Assembly (NCBI RefSeq): GCF_004010195.1
Contig: NC_057719.1
Location: forward strand, 60,313,080 to 60,377,079
Direction of reading: 5' to 3'
DNA: 64,000 bases
Origin: Chiloscyllium plagiosum
Taxonomy: Eukaryota
Position 1 is the first letter of the stretch; each line of letters starts with the position of its first letter. The position numbers and the translations under genes are program-made. This document shows, piece by piece, positions 40,503 through 53,585 of the stretch. The notes below the pieces were generated by a model. The model had not been told where the DNA came from. It saw only the letters and a list, made by a program, of their open reading frames with translations, and did no database searches.

Positions 40503-41229
40503 CGTTATAAAGGTGTAGGGATACGATGCCTTTAAGAGAATTGAAAGCTACCAAGGGCAAAGCACAGAGAGTCCAGAGCAAAGTAACAATGTAACACTTG
40601 GTCAAAACAGCTAGCAGCAGCTGGGTGCCATGAAACAAAAACAACTTCAAATTCGGCCAATCAGTTTAAATTATGCCCCAAGATACCAAAATCTAATCAA
40701 ATTTGAATTTAGTATTTTGATAACATCAAAACCAATGAAAAGATCTGATGTTTTGGGGTATAAAACTGGACATTTTGAACAGTTATGGGGAGAACTGCCC
40801 AAAGACCAACAAATGTAGACTGTGAGCGGAGGAGCTCTCTGAAAAGTACCTGTCTATAAGAAGTTTGAGCAGCAGAAAATTGAAAAGACAACAGAGGAAA
40901 ATCTGCAGAGGAAGATACAACGAGAAGATTTGACAGCTGACTGGCTTTGAAAGTTAAAATTTTTTTGTGAATCTTAATCGAGATTTTTTAATCGGACTAG
41001 TATTGTAGAGTGGGGGTAAAAGATAGGGTTAAGGGAAAGGAGTTGTAAATAGTTGTTGGTTTTGATATTCTCTGTTGGACTTAAATAATAAAGTTGTTAA
41101 TTGTTACTTTAAATAGTGACCTCTGGGATAGCTCTTTGCCTGTTGAATTTTAACAGATTACACCATGGGGTGAATCTTTTCAGTATTGCTGATTTAAATA
41201 AGAAGAGGGGTTGACCTCCTGTTGTAATA
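40503..41229 (+). repeat. 5' LTR of Gypsy element 1
   Basis: CGTTATAAAGGTGTAG...GTTGTAATA; aligns colinearly with 45510-46155. Confidence 0.88.
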
Positions 41230-41426
41230 GTTCGGGAGATTTCATCCATGATTTGAATGGGTTTAGACAGATCCAGTCTGAGATTTGGACAGATTTGAAC
41301 AGACGTCAGGTATGAAAAAGCCAAATAGATTGAAACACTTGCAAGTTAGTGTCTGAGATCTTTAAATAAAATGTAGGTGAGACAATTTCGATGACTTGTG
41401 GTTGATTTAATTAAAAGTGAGAGAAA

Positions 41427-42660
41427 TGGCTCTTAAAATTGTTAAGGAGGTTCTAGGATTTGAAGATGTTTCTCAAATTTACCAAAGAAATTTGATTTAG
41501 GTTTAACCAAAGACAAGAATAAAGCTGAAATTGTAAGGGAGTAATTCAAACACTTAGGTGTATCAGAAAAACAGACAAGTGCAGTAGAGGTAGAAACATT
41601 CAAATTAAAACTGAGGCATATGGAGTTAGAAGAGAAACAAAGAGACAGAGAGAGGAGAGAGAGACAGAAGGTTCTTGGCTGAGCAAAAAGAGAGAGAAAA
41701 AAGGAAGAGAGAAAGAGAGAGAGGAAAAAGAAAGAGAGAGAATATTCATAGCTAAGCAAAAAGAGAGAGAATTTGAATTTGAGAAGTTATGACTTAGCAA
41801 AGTCAAGTCAACAGGATGGAGATTAAAAGAGAAGGTAGTGATATACAGAAATATGTCAAAACTCTGCCACATTTTGATGAGAAAGATGGTTTTGAAAAAC
41901 TGGCTAGGCAGATAGAGTGGCCTGAGGATTTATGGGTAATGCTAGTTCAGACAAAACTGGTAGGCAGAGCTAGTGAGGTATTCGCTGTGCTGTCAGATGA
42001 GGGATCAAACAGGCTATTTTAAGTGTTTATGAATTGGTACCAGAAACATTTTGACAGCAGTTCAGAGACATAAAGAACAAACCTGGTCAGACTTACATTG
42101 AGTTTGAAAGAATTAAACATATTTACGTGGGGCACGTAAAGTCACAGTGCTGGTCATTTTGAAAAGGCGCTGTGCAAAAAAATGTGGGAAAAAAAGCTAA
42201 GCCAATGGCATTAGTGAAAGTAGTAAAGGAAACCCCAAGAGGAAGCAAGGAGCTGCAGGAGAGTCCACAGCCTAGACAGGGGCCGAGTATGGAATTAATA
42301 AGTCATCCCTGTGGGTAAAGTTTACTCAGAAAGAACAGGGCGAGAAATGCAAAAAGTTATAATTTTGAGAGATACAGGATCGAACCAGTAAGAGATGACA
42401 GTAAGAAATGATTGAATTTGCAATCATTCTGATCTGTTCGCCAAGAGTGTGGTAATTTGTGGGATAGATGGACAGAAATTTAGCATTCTGCAATGTAAGA
42501 TTAGATTGGAGTGCCAACTCAAGACAAGGGAAGTAACAGTGGGAGTGATTGACAGAGTGTCAGTTCCAGGAATCCAGTTTGTTCTTGGGAATGGTTCAGC
42601 AGGGTCCAAGATGGGAGTGACACCCCTTGTTGTGGAGACACCCAAGGAAGATAAGAAACT
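41427..42660 (+). pseudogene. gag and protease remnants
   Basis: KYVKTLPHFDEKD...WVMLVQTKLVGRASEVF; ILRDTGS protease motif at about 42362-42382; GIQFVLGNG; multiple frameshifts. Confidence 0.8.
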
Positions 42661-42980
42661 GAGGAGTTAAAACAGAAATATCCGAGTATTTTCCCAGACT
42701 GTGTAGTAACGAGATCCCACTATCATTAGTCACAGCACGAAGTGAAAACTAAACAGAAAAATGAAGAAGTTGAGGGTCGATTAGTGGACACCCTGTTTGA
42801 TGTAATGGTGCAGGACACACCTGAACAGGCAGAGGGTCAGAGAGAAGTGTTTAGTCCTGAAAGGCTAAAGGACTTGCAACAGAAATACAAGACGATAAAA
42901 GATATATACATGGATGCATACTCTAAACAGGATGCAGGGAATATTCCTGAGGGTTATTATCTAAAAGATAGAATCCTAAA

Positions 42981-44090
42981 ATGGAGATGGAGACCACGGT
43001 AGGTTACTTGCAGAGGAGAACTGGGCCAAAGCACCAGATTGTGTTGCTGCTAGCATACAGACAGGAAGTATTACAGGTAGCACATGAACTACTCATGAGA
43101 GGTCACCTAGGGGTACGAAAGATTCAGGCTAAGGTACAAAAACATTTTTATTGGCCTGGAATGCACATGGATGTGGTTAACGTTTGCCATATGTGTCATA
43201 TATGCCAAATGGTAGGTAAGCCACAGGTGATAATAAAACCAGCACCTTTATTGCCAATTCCCACATTGAAAGAACCTTTCGTGTGGGTTAGAATTAATTG
43301 TATAGGTTACCTCCTGAGAACTAAAAGTGGGAACCAGTACTTGTTAACCATAAAGGATGTGTCTACCAGATTTCCAGAGGCAGCCCCATTATGGAGTATT
43401 AAGGTAAAAAGGGTAGTAGAGGAGTTAGTAGCTTTCTTCACAAAGTATGGGCTATCCAGTGAGGTTCAGTCAGACAAAGGGTCAAATTTTACTGCTAGGC
43501 TGTTTAAGGAGGTTATGGATAGCTTAGGTATATGGCACTTTAAATCCAGTGCGTATCATCCAGAATCCCAGGGAGCTTTAGAAAGATGGCATCAGACCTT
43601 CAAGATAGAGCATACTGTTAGGGTTACCCAAATGATTGGGATAAAGGTATCACATTCGTATTGCTTGCCATTAGAGATGCTCCAAACAAATCTACTTAGT
43701 TCACTCACTTCGAGTTAATATTTGGGCATGAAGTGAGAGGCCCTTTAACATTAATTAAAGAAAAATTGACAGGACCAATGTCAGAGAGCTCACACTTGGA
43801 TTATGTATCGGAGGTGAGGGAGAGACTAAATTGAGTTGGTGTGTTAACTAAACAGCACCTCAAGTGGGCACAGCTTAGAGTGAAGCAGGTAGCAGATAAA
43901 AGCTTTGAGACTCAGATGTTTTCCAGAGGGGATGATGTGTTAGTACTGTTACCATTGATAGGAGATCTCTTCAAAGCTAGGTTGAGTGGTCCCTATCAAA
44001 TTGAGAATAAATTGAGTCAGGTGAACTATCTAGTAAAGATGTCAGATAGGAAAAACGGTATCAGAAAAATCATGTGAACATGTTGAAACC
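42981..44090 (+). pseudogene. Integrase remnant
   Basis: HHCC motif (AHEL..GHLGV...CHICQ), VQSDKGSNF, SSAYHPESQGALERWHQT, SGPYQI. Confidence 0.9.
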
Positions 44091-44264
44091 ATATTATATG
44101 GAGAGAAAGAACTGGAGAAACAGGTGTTTGTTACTGCCCTGCAGAGTGAGGAATCAAATCCAGATGTGGATTTTGATGTGTCTTAAAATAGATTAAAAAA
44201 TGAAGAAGTCCTTGAGGAGTGGGATAGGTTAGTAAACTCTCTGTCTCAGGAGCACAGAACACAG

Positions 44265-45342
44265 TTGAAAGGTTTGTTACTGCAGTATAAAGATATATGT
44301 AAGAATCAGATGGGGAAGACTAATGCTATTCTACATGAAGTAGACGTAGGAATTACTGCTCTGATAAAACAACATCCCTGTCAGTTTAATCCTTTCAAAG
44401 CCAGACAGGTCCAGATGGAGGTGGAGGCCATGATCAATGAGGATATCATTGAACCGAGCCAGTGTGCGTGGAGTTCGCCGATCATCTTAGTTCCTAAACC
44501 AGATGGGGCTCAACAATTTTGCATGGAGTATAGGAAGGTCAGACTCATATCCAGTTCTGAGATTGGAAGACTGTACTGAAAAAGTTGGACAAGCCAGTTA
44601 CATCACCATGTTGGACTTACTGTGTGGTTACTGGCAGGTACCTTTATCAGGGATAGTGAAAGAAATTTCAATGTTTGTAATCCCAACTGGGCTGTATCAA
44701 TTCAAAGTGATGCCCTCTGGAATGAAGAACGTGCCCGCCACATTCCAAAGACTCAGGAACAGAGTTGTGGCTGGGTTAAAAAACTGCGCAGTGTATTTGG
44801 ATGATATAGAACTTTGTGCCAAACTGCAGCATTGTAGTGGCATCATTAACCGATTTGCTGAAGAAGACCACAAAGTTTCGGTAGACAGAAAAATACCAGG
44901 AGGCATTCGACCATTTGAAAGCAATATTATCACTACACGAGTTTTAGCTACACCAAACTTTTCAAAACCTTTTAAAGTTGCCATCGATGCTAGTGACATA
45001 GGAGTTGGAGCTGTACTGCTACAGGAAGATGATGATGGTATTGAACTGCCAGGTGGCCACTTTTCGAAGAAACTCAACATCCACCATAGGAAACACTCCA
45101 CGATTGAAAAAGAACTATTGCGTTTGGTTTTGGCCTTACAACATTTTATTGTCTATGTAACAAACAATGTGTCGGAGACGGTTGTGTACAAGGATCACAA
45201 TCCATTTACATTCTTGGAATGCTTTAAAGATAAGAACATGTGACTATTTCATTGGAGTCTTAAGCTACAGACTTTTAATTTACATATCGTACATGTTGCA
45301 GGTCGTAAGAATGCAATTGCAGGTGCGTTATCGCAGATTTAA
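44265..45342 (+). pseudogene. Reverse transcriptase (internally deleted) and RNase H remnant
   Basis: WSSPIILVPKPDG, LDLLCGYWQVPL, YQFKVMPSGMKNVPATFQR, VYLDD, then DASDIGVGAVLLQ and STIEKELL. Confidence 0.9.
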
Positions 45343-45509
45343 CTGATAAAGTGTAGTTACGATTGATATGTATTCAGTTATATTTATGTGGGAAGAAGTT
45401 AATGTGAACTTAGATTAAAATCATTTTTATCATGATATAGTGGTTAAGAAATAGAGAAAAAAGAAGCCATCTTTCCATTTTGCTGGTTCTTTTTTTTCTT
45501 GAGGGGATG

Positions 45510-46155
45510 TGTTATGAAGGTGTAGAGGTAATATACCTTTAAGAGAATTGAAAAGCTAGCAAGGGCAAAGTACAGAGTTCGGAACAAAGTCACACTTGGT
45601 CGAAATAGCTAGCAGCAGCTGGGAGCCGTGAAACAACAATAACCTCAAATTCAGCCAATCAGTTTAAATTATGCCCCAAGATACCAAAATCCAATCAAAT
45701 TTGACTTTAGTATTTTGATAACATTAAAACCAATGACACTGAAATTTTGGGGTGTAAAACTGGACATTTTGAACAGTTAGGGGTAGAACTACCAAAAGAC
45801 CAATAAATGTAGACTGCGAGCTGAGGAGCTCTCTAAAAGGTACTTGTTTATAGTAAGTTTGCACAGCAGAACATCGAAAAGACGATAGAAGAAAATCTGC
45901 AGAGGAAGATACAAAGAGAAGATTTGACAGCTGACTGGTTTTGAAAGTTGAATTTTTAAAATAAATTTTAATCGGGATTTAATCAGACTAGTATTGTAGA
46001 GTGGGGTGTAAAAGATAGGTTTAAGGGAAAGAAGTTGTAAATAGTGGTTGGTTTTGATATTCTCTGTTGGACTTAAAGAATAAAGTTGTTAACTGTTACT
46101 TTAAATGTGACCTCTAAGATAGCTCTTTGCCTCTTAATTTTAACCGATTACAACT
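45510..46155 (+). repeat. 3' LTR of Gypsy element 1 (last 70 bp or so missing)
   Basis: TGTTATGAAGGTGTAG start; homology to the 5' LTR stops after TAACCGATTACA. Confidence 0.88.
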
Positions 46156-46159
46156 GTGG

Positions 46160-46990
46160 AGCATCTACTATTATCTGCATGTTGCGGATGGCATGTTCAG
46201 TGAGGTAGTCACACTGTAGGTAAAGACTGAACAGACAGAAAGGGCATTAGTGACCATCAGACAGAGGATGGTGGCTGTACAGGAGTCCCCTGTGCCTCCC
46301 ACCCCCCTGACAAATCTATTTCAGATTCTGTTCGGGGAGATGACTGTGTCGGGGAAGGCAAGAGCAGCCAATTTCACGGCACCTTTTGAGTCCTGTTCTT
46401 TCTTCTGCAACTCCCTAGATTCTGCTTACAGGAAATCATCCCTTTTTCTACCAATGTCATTATTATCAATATGTGCAACAATCTCAGTCTGTATGCCCTG
46501 CAATCGCTCAGTAACATCCTTGATTCTTGTATCAGGAAGGCAACATACCACCTTGAAGGCTCTTTTGCAGCTGCAGTGACTCTTATCTGTTCTTCTTACA
46601 ATCAAACCCCCCACCACTATAGCTCTGCTGTTCTTCTCTTATATAGCAGCGCCAGCCATGGTACCATGAAATTGGCTGCTATTGCTTCCCCTCACACAGT
46701 CATCTCCCCAAAAAGAATCCAAAGTAGATTTGTCAGGGGGGTGGGGGGCACAGGGGACTCCTGTACCAGCCGCCATCCTCTACTCTGTCTGATGGTCACC
46801 AATGCCCTTTACCTGCAGTGGAACCATCTCACTGGATATGCTACCCACAACACGCGGAGAATTGCGGATGCTCCACAGTGAATCTACCCACAGCTGCAGC
46901 TCAAAAATGTGGTTAGCCAGTAGCTCCAGCTGGATACACATCCTGCACACATGGTCACTAAGGAGAACTGAAGCTTTCATGATTCCATAA
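46160..46990. mobile_element. CR1 ORF1 region in inverted duplication
   Basis: Minus strand HVCRMCIQLELL and VCCLPDTRIKDV...HIDNNDIGRKR; about 46170-46320 (+) is the reverse complement of 46724-46870. Confidence 0.75.
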
Positions 46991-47595
46991 TTAAACTAGC
47001 AACGATTGCAGTATTATCTGGCTTAGTTCAATTCTTTCCTCTAAAACTCGAAAAGGACAACAATAATTTGTACCTTTATAACATTTTTAATGTAAAACAA
47101 ATGCCACAAAGTGCTTTAAAGGAGTCTTATTAAGCAAAGTTTAACATGAAATACATGAAACAATATTCACACATCCACAAACAAAATGTAGAAGAAGTAG
47201 ATTTTAAGGAATGTCCTAAAGAACGAAGGAGAAATAAAAAGGTGGAGAGATTTAGAGTGGAATTCCAAGGTTTAAAATTTAGGTAACTCAAGGAATGGGC
47301 ACCATTGTTTTACTTTATTGCTTCAGGTGATTTCAGCATCTCTGGCAGGGCCAACATCTGTTGCTCTTTGCTAATAGCTCTTGAAAGAAGGTGATGAACT
47401 GCCTTTTTGAACCACTGCAGCCATCTAGTAAAGGTAAGAGCACTACTAGGAAGGCAGTTCCAGGATTTTGCCAAAGTGACGGTAAAGGAATGTGATATAG
47501 AGTGTATATTTTATTAAACAGCACTTATGGGACCAAGAGTATGCCAGTTGATCAAATATTCCAGATAATTAAGTGATAAGCATAATCGCAGTAAG

Positions 47596-47745
47596 GAGAA
47601 TTGACATTTCGGGCCAATCATCAGGATGAAGGGCTCCAACCCAAAACGTTGATTCTCCTGCTCCTCAGATGCTGCCTGACCTGCTGTGCTTTTCCAGCAC
47701 CACACTCTCGACTCTGATCTTCAGCATCTGCAGACTTCACTTTCT
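47596..47745 (+). mobile_element. 150-bp PLE-derived mini element with inverted 5' end and 15-bp TSD
   Basis: CATAATCGCAGTAAG 47581-47595 and CATAACCGCAGTAAG 47746-47760; head-to-head degenerate hammerhead halves. Confidence 0.8.
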
Positions 47746-48169
47746 CATAACCGCAGTAAGCTTCACTTGCTTAGGGTTTCGAGAGATCAGCATCCCTCAA
47801 AACGATTTATATAAAAACATCAATATAAAAGCATATGGTAAGTAATAGAAATAGAATGCAGGCGTAGACACATCTCTGTTATACTTTACTCACAGCATAA
47901 ATACTCATGGTCGATCATGGTATTTGAGGTGTATAATTTTTGCCAGTTTATTGAGAGTGCTGGTTGACAAGGTGCTCGTTTAACCTGAGTTTGCTGTAGT
48001 GCCAAATTTGACATGGGGGTGTTGCTTGCAAGAGAATAATATGTAGCCTGTTTTAAGACATCTGCTGCTTACATCCTAATTTGTGGAAGTTGCATGTTTG
48101 GAAAGTGCTGTCGAAGAAGCCTCGACAACTTATTACAGCATAAGCTATATGTGGTGGATGATTCAAGAG

Positions 48170-48660
48170 AGACAATGGCCTTGTGGTATTATTGCTCGAA
48201 GTAACCAAGAAATTCAGCAAATCTTGTAGGGTGCTGGGTTTGAATCCTGCCACAGCAGATAGTGGAATTTGAATTCAACAAGTATCTGGAATTCAGAATC
48301 TAATGAGAAGGAAAAATGCATCCGATTCACTAATGTCTTTCAGGATATGAAATTTGTCACATGTAAGTCCAGAATCACAGCAACATAGTTGACTCAACTG
48401 CTCTCGGAAATGGCCTAGCAAGCTCCTCAGTTGAATCAATCACTACAAAGTCTCAACAAAGAAATGAACCTGGCTGAATACTTGACATCATCCTAGGCAA
48501 TGGCCCTCCCTTATGGCATTGTGGCTGTACTTACAGCTGGCAGATTGCAGAGGTTCAAGAAAGTAGCTCACTACCGTCATCTTAAGGGCAACATTGTGCG
48601 GGCAATAAAAGCTGACCAGGCACGAACACCCATGCCCCACAGGTGAACATAAAAACAATT
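48170..48660 (+). mobile_element. SacSINE1-like SINE followed by a LINE-derived 3' tail
   Basis: TGGCCTTGTGGTATT (A box), GGTTTGAATCC (B box), GGAATTTGAATTCAA core; tail GCTCACTACCGTCATCTTAAGGGCAAC. Confidence 0.6.
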
Positions 48661-49402
48661 CAAATAATTTCTCATTCGGACTGTCATCCCTAGTATTAGC
48701 CTCATGAACATCCACTTTATTCCTTCCATGGCAGGCATATGCTATCTTAGTTGGGAGACCAAAACTCCATGCAATACTCCAGATGTGGTCTTACCAATAT
48801 CCTTTATAAATGCATTAAGACATCCGTACTTGGGAGCTCAAATGACCTTAAAATGAAGGCCAATATGCCATTTGCTTTCCTAATTACTTAGTGCACCTGC
48901 AAGTCTAATTTCATTGACTGGTTAAACACCCCTTGTACATTCCCATTTTCTAATATCTCCATTTAAATAATATTTAGCCTATTTTTCACACTAAAATGTT
49001 ATTACTTCACATTTAGCCACATTGCACTGTATTTGTCATGTATTTTCCCACTCACTCAACTTGTCTAAATCACCTTGAAGCCTCCTTACATCCACCTCAC
49101 AAACCTACCTAGCTTTATGTCATCAGCAAACTATTCCTAGGTTATCATATACTTTAGTTTAAACAAAGCCAGGTGACATCTTCTTCAGCGATTTACCCCA
49201 ACACTTTTGATCTATCACAAACTTACTCTAAGGTAATCATTTTCATTATATTCTTCCTTTCTCAGGTGCAGTTCTATACATGCATCGTCATAACTTCACA
49301 GAACTGACCAAATCAAAGTAAACAACAAAAATCTCTCTCAAGTTACATGTTGTTCCCCATAGTTTTAAAATAACCCTTAAGTCCTAAGACATAATTATTT
49401 AC

Positions 49403-49421
49403 CTTGCTCAGTGGTAAAAGC
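49403..49421 (-). CDS. Candidate 19-nt micro-exon (GCTTTTACCACTGAGCAAG)
   Basis: TTTTTGTTTACTTTAG acceptor and AAG|GTAAAT donor; no other support. Confidence 0.2.
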
Positions 49422-49739
49422 CTAAAGTAAACAAAAATCTATTAGTTTGCCAAAGTAGCTCTCCCAAACTGTTTGAAGTGAAATCATCATGACTTCAAAA
49501 TTACTTACAATTATTGACTTCAGACACCCAGAAAACTAATATGCTACAAATTTAAAATTCAAAACGCAAATTTAAAAAATACATATAAATCAGACATTTC
49601 ATATCACACAGGCAATTATCATTTGCTAGTAACCAGCACCGAATCACCATTTTTGACATTCAACAGTATTTTCAGCATTAAGCTCACAAAAAGAACACTT
49701 TGGGTCACAAATGACCAGATACTTTACTCGATAAGCCAT

Positions 49740-50801
49740 TTTATTTTAATTCACTTATGGGACGTGGGCATCAATGTTTTGGCCAGAATTTATTGCCTGT
49801 CCCTGGTTACCTTGAGAAGGTGATGGTGAGCTGCCTCCTTGACCTGCTATAGTCTATGTGTTGTAGGTAGACCCATAATGCCCTTAGGAAGGAATTCCAG
49901 AATTGTGATACAGTGGCAATGAAGAAACAGTGATATATTTCCAAGTCAGGATGGTGAGTGCCTTTGAAGGGAACTTGCAGGTTGTGTTCCCATGTATCCA
50001 CTGCCCTTGTTGTTCTAGATGAAAATGATTATGGGTTTAGAAGTTGCCATCTAAGGATCTTTGGAGCATTTCTGCAGCGCACCTTGTAGATAGTCCACAT
50101 TGCTGCTCCTGAGCATCAATGCTGAAAGGAATGCATACTTTTGGATGTGCTATCTACCAAGCAGGTTGCTTTATCCTTCTATAGGTGTCAAGCATCTTGA
50201 GTGTTGTTAGAGCTGCATTCATTCAGGCAAGTGGAGAAGTATTCCATATACTCCTGACTTATGACTTTTAGGCAGCACAGTGTCTCAGTGGTTAGCACTG
50301 CTGCCTTGCAGTACTAGGGACCCAGGTTCAATTCTAGCCTCGGGTGACTTCTGTGTGGAGTTTGCATATTCCCCCAGTGTCTATATGGATTTTCTCCGGG
50401 TGCTCCAGTTTATTCCCACAATCCAAAGATGCGCAGTTCAGGTAGATTGGCCATGTTAAACTGCCCATAGTTTTAGGTGCATTAGTCAGAGGGAAAATGG
50501 GTCTGGGTGGGTTACTATTTGGAGGATTGGTGTGGGTTTGTTGGGTCAAATGGCCTGTTTCCACACTGTAGGGAATCTAAACTAATCTAAAGATGGTGGA
50601 CAGGACTTGGAGAGTCAGGAGGTGAATTACTCGCTGCAATATTCTTAGCCTCTGACTTGCTCTTTTAGCTACTTATTTGTATGGCGAGTCCAGTTGAGCT
50701 TCTGGTCAACGGTAATCCTCAGGATGTTGATAGTGGGTGATTCAGTAATGTTAACACCACTGAATGTCATGGGATGGTGGTTAGATTGTCTCATATTGGA
50801 G
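49740..50801 (-). mobile_element. CR1/L2-group LINE 3' fragment with nested SINE
   Basis: Homologous to 14685-15305; interrupted at 50271-50590. Confidence 0.75.
50271..50590 (+). mobile_element. HE1-type V-SINE
   Basis: GGCAGCACAGTGTCTCAGTGGTTAGCACTGC head, V-domain, AATCTAA tail. Confidence 0.88.
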
Positions 50802-50837
50802 ATCTGCTCTCAGCCTTTTGGCTAAGATTAAATGTAG
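50802..50837 (+). pseudogene. Truncated U2 snRNA 5' fragment (nt 1-36)
   Basis: ATCTGCTCTCAGCCTTTTGGCTAAGATTAAATGTAG versus U2 (recalled) ATCGCTTCTCGGCCTTTTGGCTAAGATCAAGTGTAG, 30/36 ungapped. Confidence 0.8.
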
Positions 50838-50914
50838 CCTTGTAAATATTGTGACCACAAGGTTAGGTCAGATACTATCGATTCCGTGGAAAATTATGAT
50901 ATATTCTGCAGTTG

Positions 50915-51345
50915 TCCAAATGGGTACAGCTCCAACAACACTCAAGAAACTTCATACCATCCAGGACAAAGCATCCCATCCACCACCTTCAACATTCACT
51001 CTCTTCACAATCAGCACACAATGGCAGCAATGTATACTGCACATAAGATGCACTGCAGTAATTCACCAAAGCACCTCTGACAGCATCTTTCAAAACACTG
51101 TCCTTTACCACCTAGAAAGACAAGGGCAGCAGATGCACAGGAGCACCACTAATGTCAAGCTCTACCTCAAGCCATATACCATCTTTTCTTCACCATCACT
51201 GGGTCAAAATCCTGAAATTCCTTCCTAACAATGTTGTGGGTGTATCTACTTCCCAAGGACTGCAGCAGTTTAAGAAGGCAACTCACCAATACTTCCTTCA
51301 GGTGATTAGGGATAGACAATAACATAGGCACATCGCATAAACAAA
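50915..51345 (+). mobile_element. CR1/L2-group LINE 3' fragment
   Basis: MGTAPTTLKKLHTIQDKA and the shared 3' UTR. Confidence 0.7.
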
Positions 51346-52269
51346 TAAAATGAATCAGGCTGGGCCTCTGGATTATATGTTCATTGACATTAACTACTAT
51401 GTCATTGTCTTTACCAATGGTAAAGCAATAAAATTAAGCATGTTCCAAAGCGGCAAGGTAATAGATTCCAGTTGGTTGTCCAAGCTAGGGAAGAGTGGCT
51501 GTCTACAGGTGCTTTAAAAACTTGAAAAGATTGCACACAATCTTCCAGGTCAGGCTACAATCTTGCCTGAAATTCCACTTACTCCTCCCAAATCTACCAA
51601 TAGGTTGACTAGTATTCTCAATATTCATGTGTACTACACAGACCAACAATGAATTCCAATTTATGCTGTGAGTTCTCACCACTAAGAGGCAGATAGAGAC
51701 TGCGCATTCTCAAGGCCAGTCTGGAAATGTTTACAAGACCTACAAGTATGCAAAGGTTTCTGGGTTTTTTTTGGAATTTAACCTTATAATTTACATGTAC
51801 TTAGAGCAGTTCATTATTCAGTTCTTTGCAGAGCTAAGTCTGTCATCCTATCCATGTTAGAAACCGGTATCAACAAAAGTAACTTGTTTATATGCAAAAC
51901 CTTTAAAACAGTTACTCAAGATGTTTCACAGGTATGTTATCAATCAAACCTTCACACCACTTCACATTATGAGATATTAGAGCAGGTGACCAAAAGCCTA
52001 GTCAGAGACATAGATTTCAATTAACTTCTGGCAGGGTGAATGAAAGTGATGAAGAGGTTTAGGGAAGGAATTCTAAAATCTAGGGTCTTGATTAGTGAAA
52101 ACATGTGCACTAATAGTCAAACATGGAGTAGTTTCTGGAATGTTCAGAATTTCATACAGTATGTAAAAAGGATAATTTATAAGTTCCATTTGTTGCAAAT
52201 ATGAGCATAACAATATGAAGTTATGATTTTAAATGTGGTATGGTTTGCAATCTGTTTCCCAAATTTGAA

Positions 52270-53585
52270 AAAAAGTCAGAGCAATCAGACAACATAGTTT
52301 TGTGAAAGGGAAATCATGTTAAGCCAATTAACTGGCATTCTCTGTGATGTGGATAAAGTGAATTGGTGGATGTACCACATCTAGACTTCGAGAAGGCAGT
52401 TGGTAAAGTGCCACATCAAAAGTTATTGTGGAAAATAAAATTTGTGGTGTGGGGGGTGATACATTGACATAGATAGAAGATTGGCTAGTTAACAGAAAAC
52501 AGTAGCATAATTTTTTCCGATTGGCAAGACATAACAAATTACAAACCATATGGATCAGTACTGGGGTATCAACTGTTCACAATTTCTGTAAGTGGCTTTC
52601 ATGAAGCAACCCAAAGGTATGATTGTTAAATTTGTTGATAACACAAAGCAAAGTCAGAAAGAAAGTTGTGGAGTGAGCATAAGGAGCCTACAAAGACATA
52701 AAGATCGGTTATGTGAGTGGGCAAAGACCTGGCAAATGGCAAAAATGCGAAATTGTCCATTCTGGCAGAAAAAGAAGAATATGCATATTATCACAATTAA
52801 CATTCTGAAGAGTCATTGAACATCTTACTGCAAAATCTTACTGCTTTCTCTCCACAGATGCTGCCAGACCTGTCTAGATTCTTCAGGATTTCTGTTCTTG
52901 TGTGTTTAAGAATATATCTATCACTGTTTTCAAAATATTCAATGACTGTCTACCTCCACTGCTTTAAGACAGAGAGATTTAAAGTTGCACAGCTTTCTGA
53001 TCATATCAAATAAAATGCACAATTCTAAAGGAATGCAGCAGTATCACTACCTGAGTATAAATGCAGAAAATCATTGAAGATCACTGGACAAGTTGAGAGA
53101 ATAGTTAATTAAGCATGCAGTATCCTGGCTTTATTTTTGTGACATAAAGATTGGAGTTCAGCTTTTTATGATGCACTTTGGAAAGGATGAATAGCATTGG
53201 AGAGTGTACAAAAAAAAAGGTTCCAAGGATAAGAAATTTCAGTTATGAAGATAGATTAGAGAAATTCAGACTGTTTTGTTGACAGAGAAGAGATTGAGAG
53301 GTGACTTGATAGCGTTATTCAAAAACATGAAGTGTCTCAATGAGGACAAATTGTTCCTCCTCTTGAAAGATTGAAGAATTTGACATATAATTTAAAAAGA
53401 ATTGCTAAAAGAAGAAAACACAAGAAAAAATGTTTTTTGCTCGAGTGGTTAACCTTTGGAATGCATTGCTTATGACGGTGGTGGAAGCAGATTTAATTGA
53501 AACATTCAAAAGGAAATTAGTCTGTTATCTGGAAAGGAAGAATGTGCAGGGTTACAGGAAGGAGAGAGAATGACACTGAGTGAAT
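52270..53585 (+). mobile_element. Old CR1 RT and 3' fragments
   Basis: HSFVKGKSC, KFVDNTK, LQRHKDRLCEWAKTWQM and RLRGDLI motifs. Confidence 0.65.

Larger units (their letters stand above)
40503..46155 (+). mobile_element. Decayed Gmr1-type Ty3/Gypsy LTR retrotransposon (gag-PR-IN-RT-RH)
   Basis: Paired LTRs 40503-41229 and 45510-46155; degenerate PBS 41231-41247; PPT GAGGGGATG 45501-45509; integrase precedes RT. Confidence 0.92.

Noticed and set aside
41630..41780. GA-rich low-complexity tract (also 57850-58010) giving hydrophobic antisense ORFs
   Set aside because: It is the E/R/K-rich coiled-coil region of gag; the antisense ORFs are artefacts
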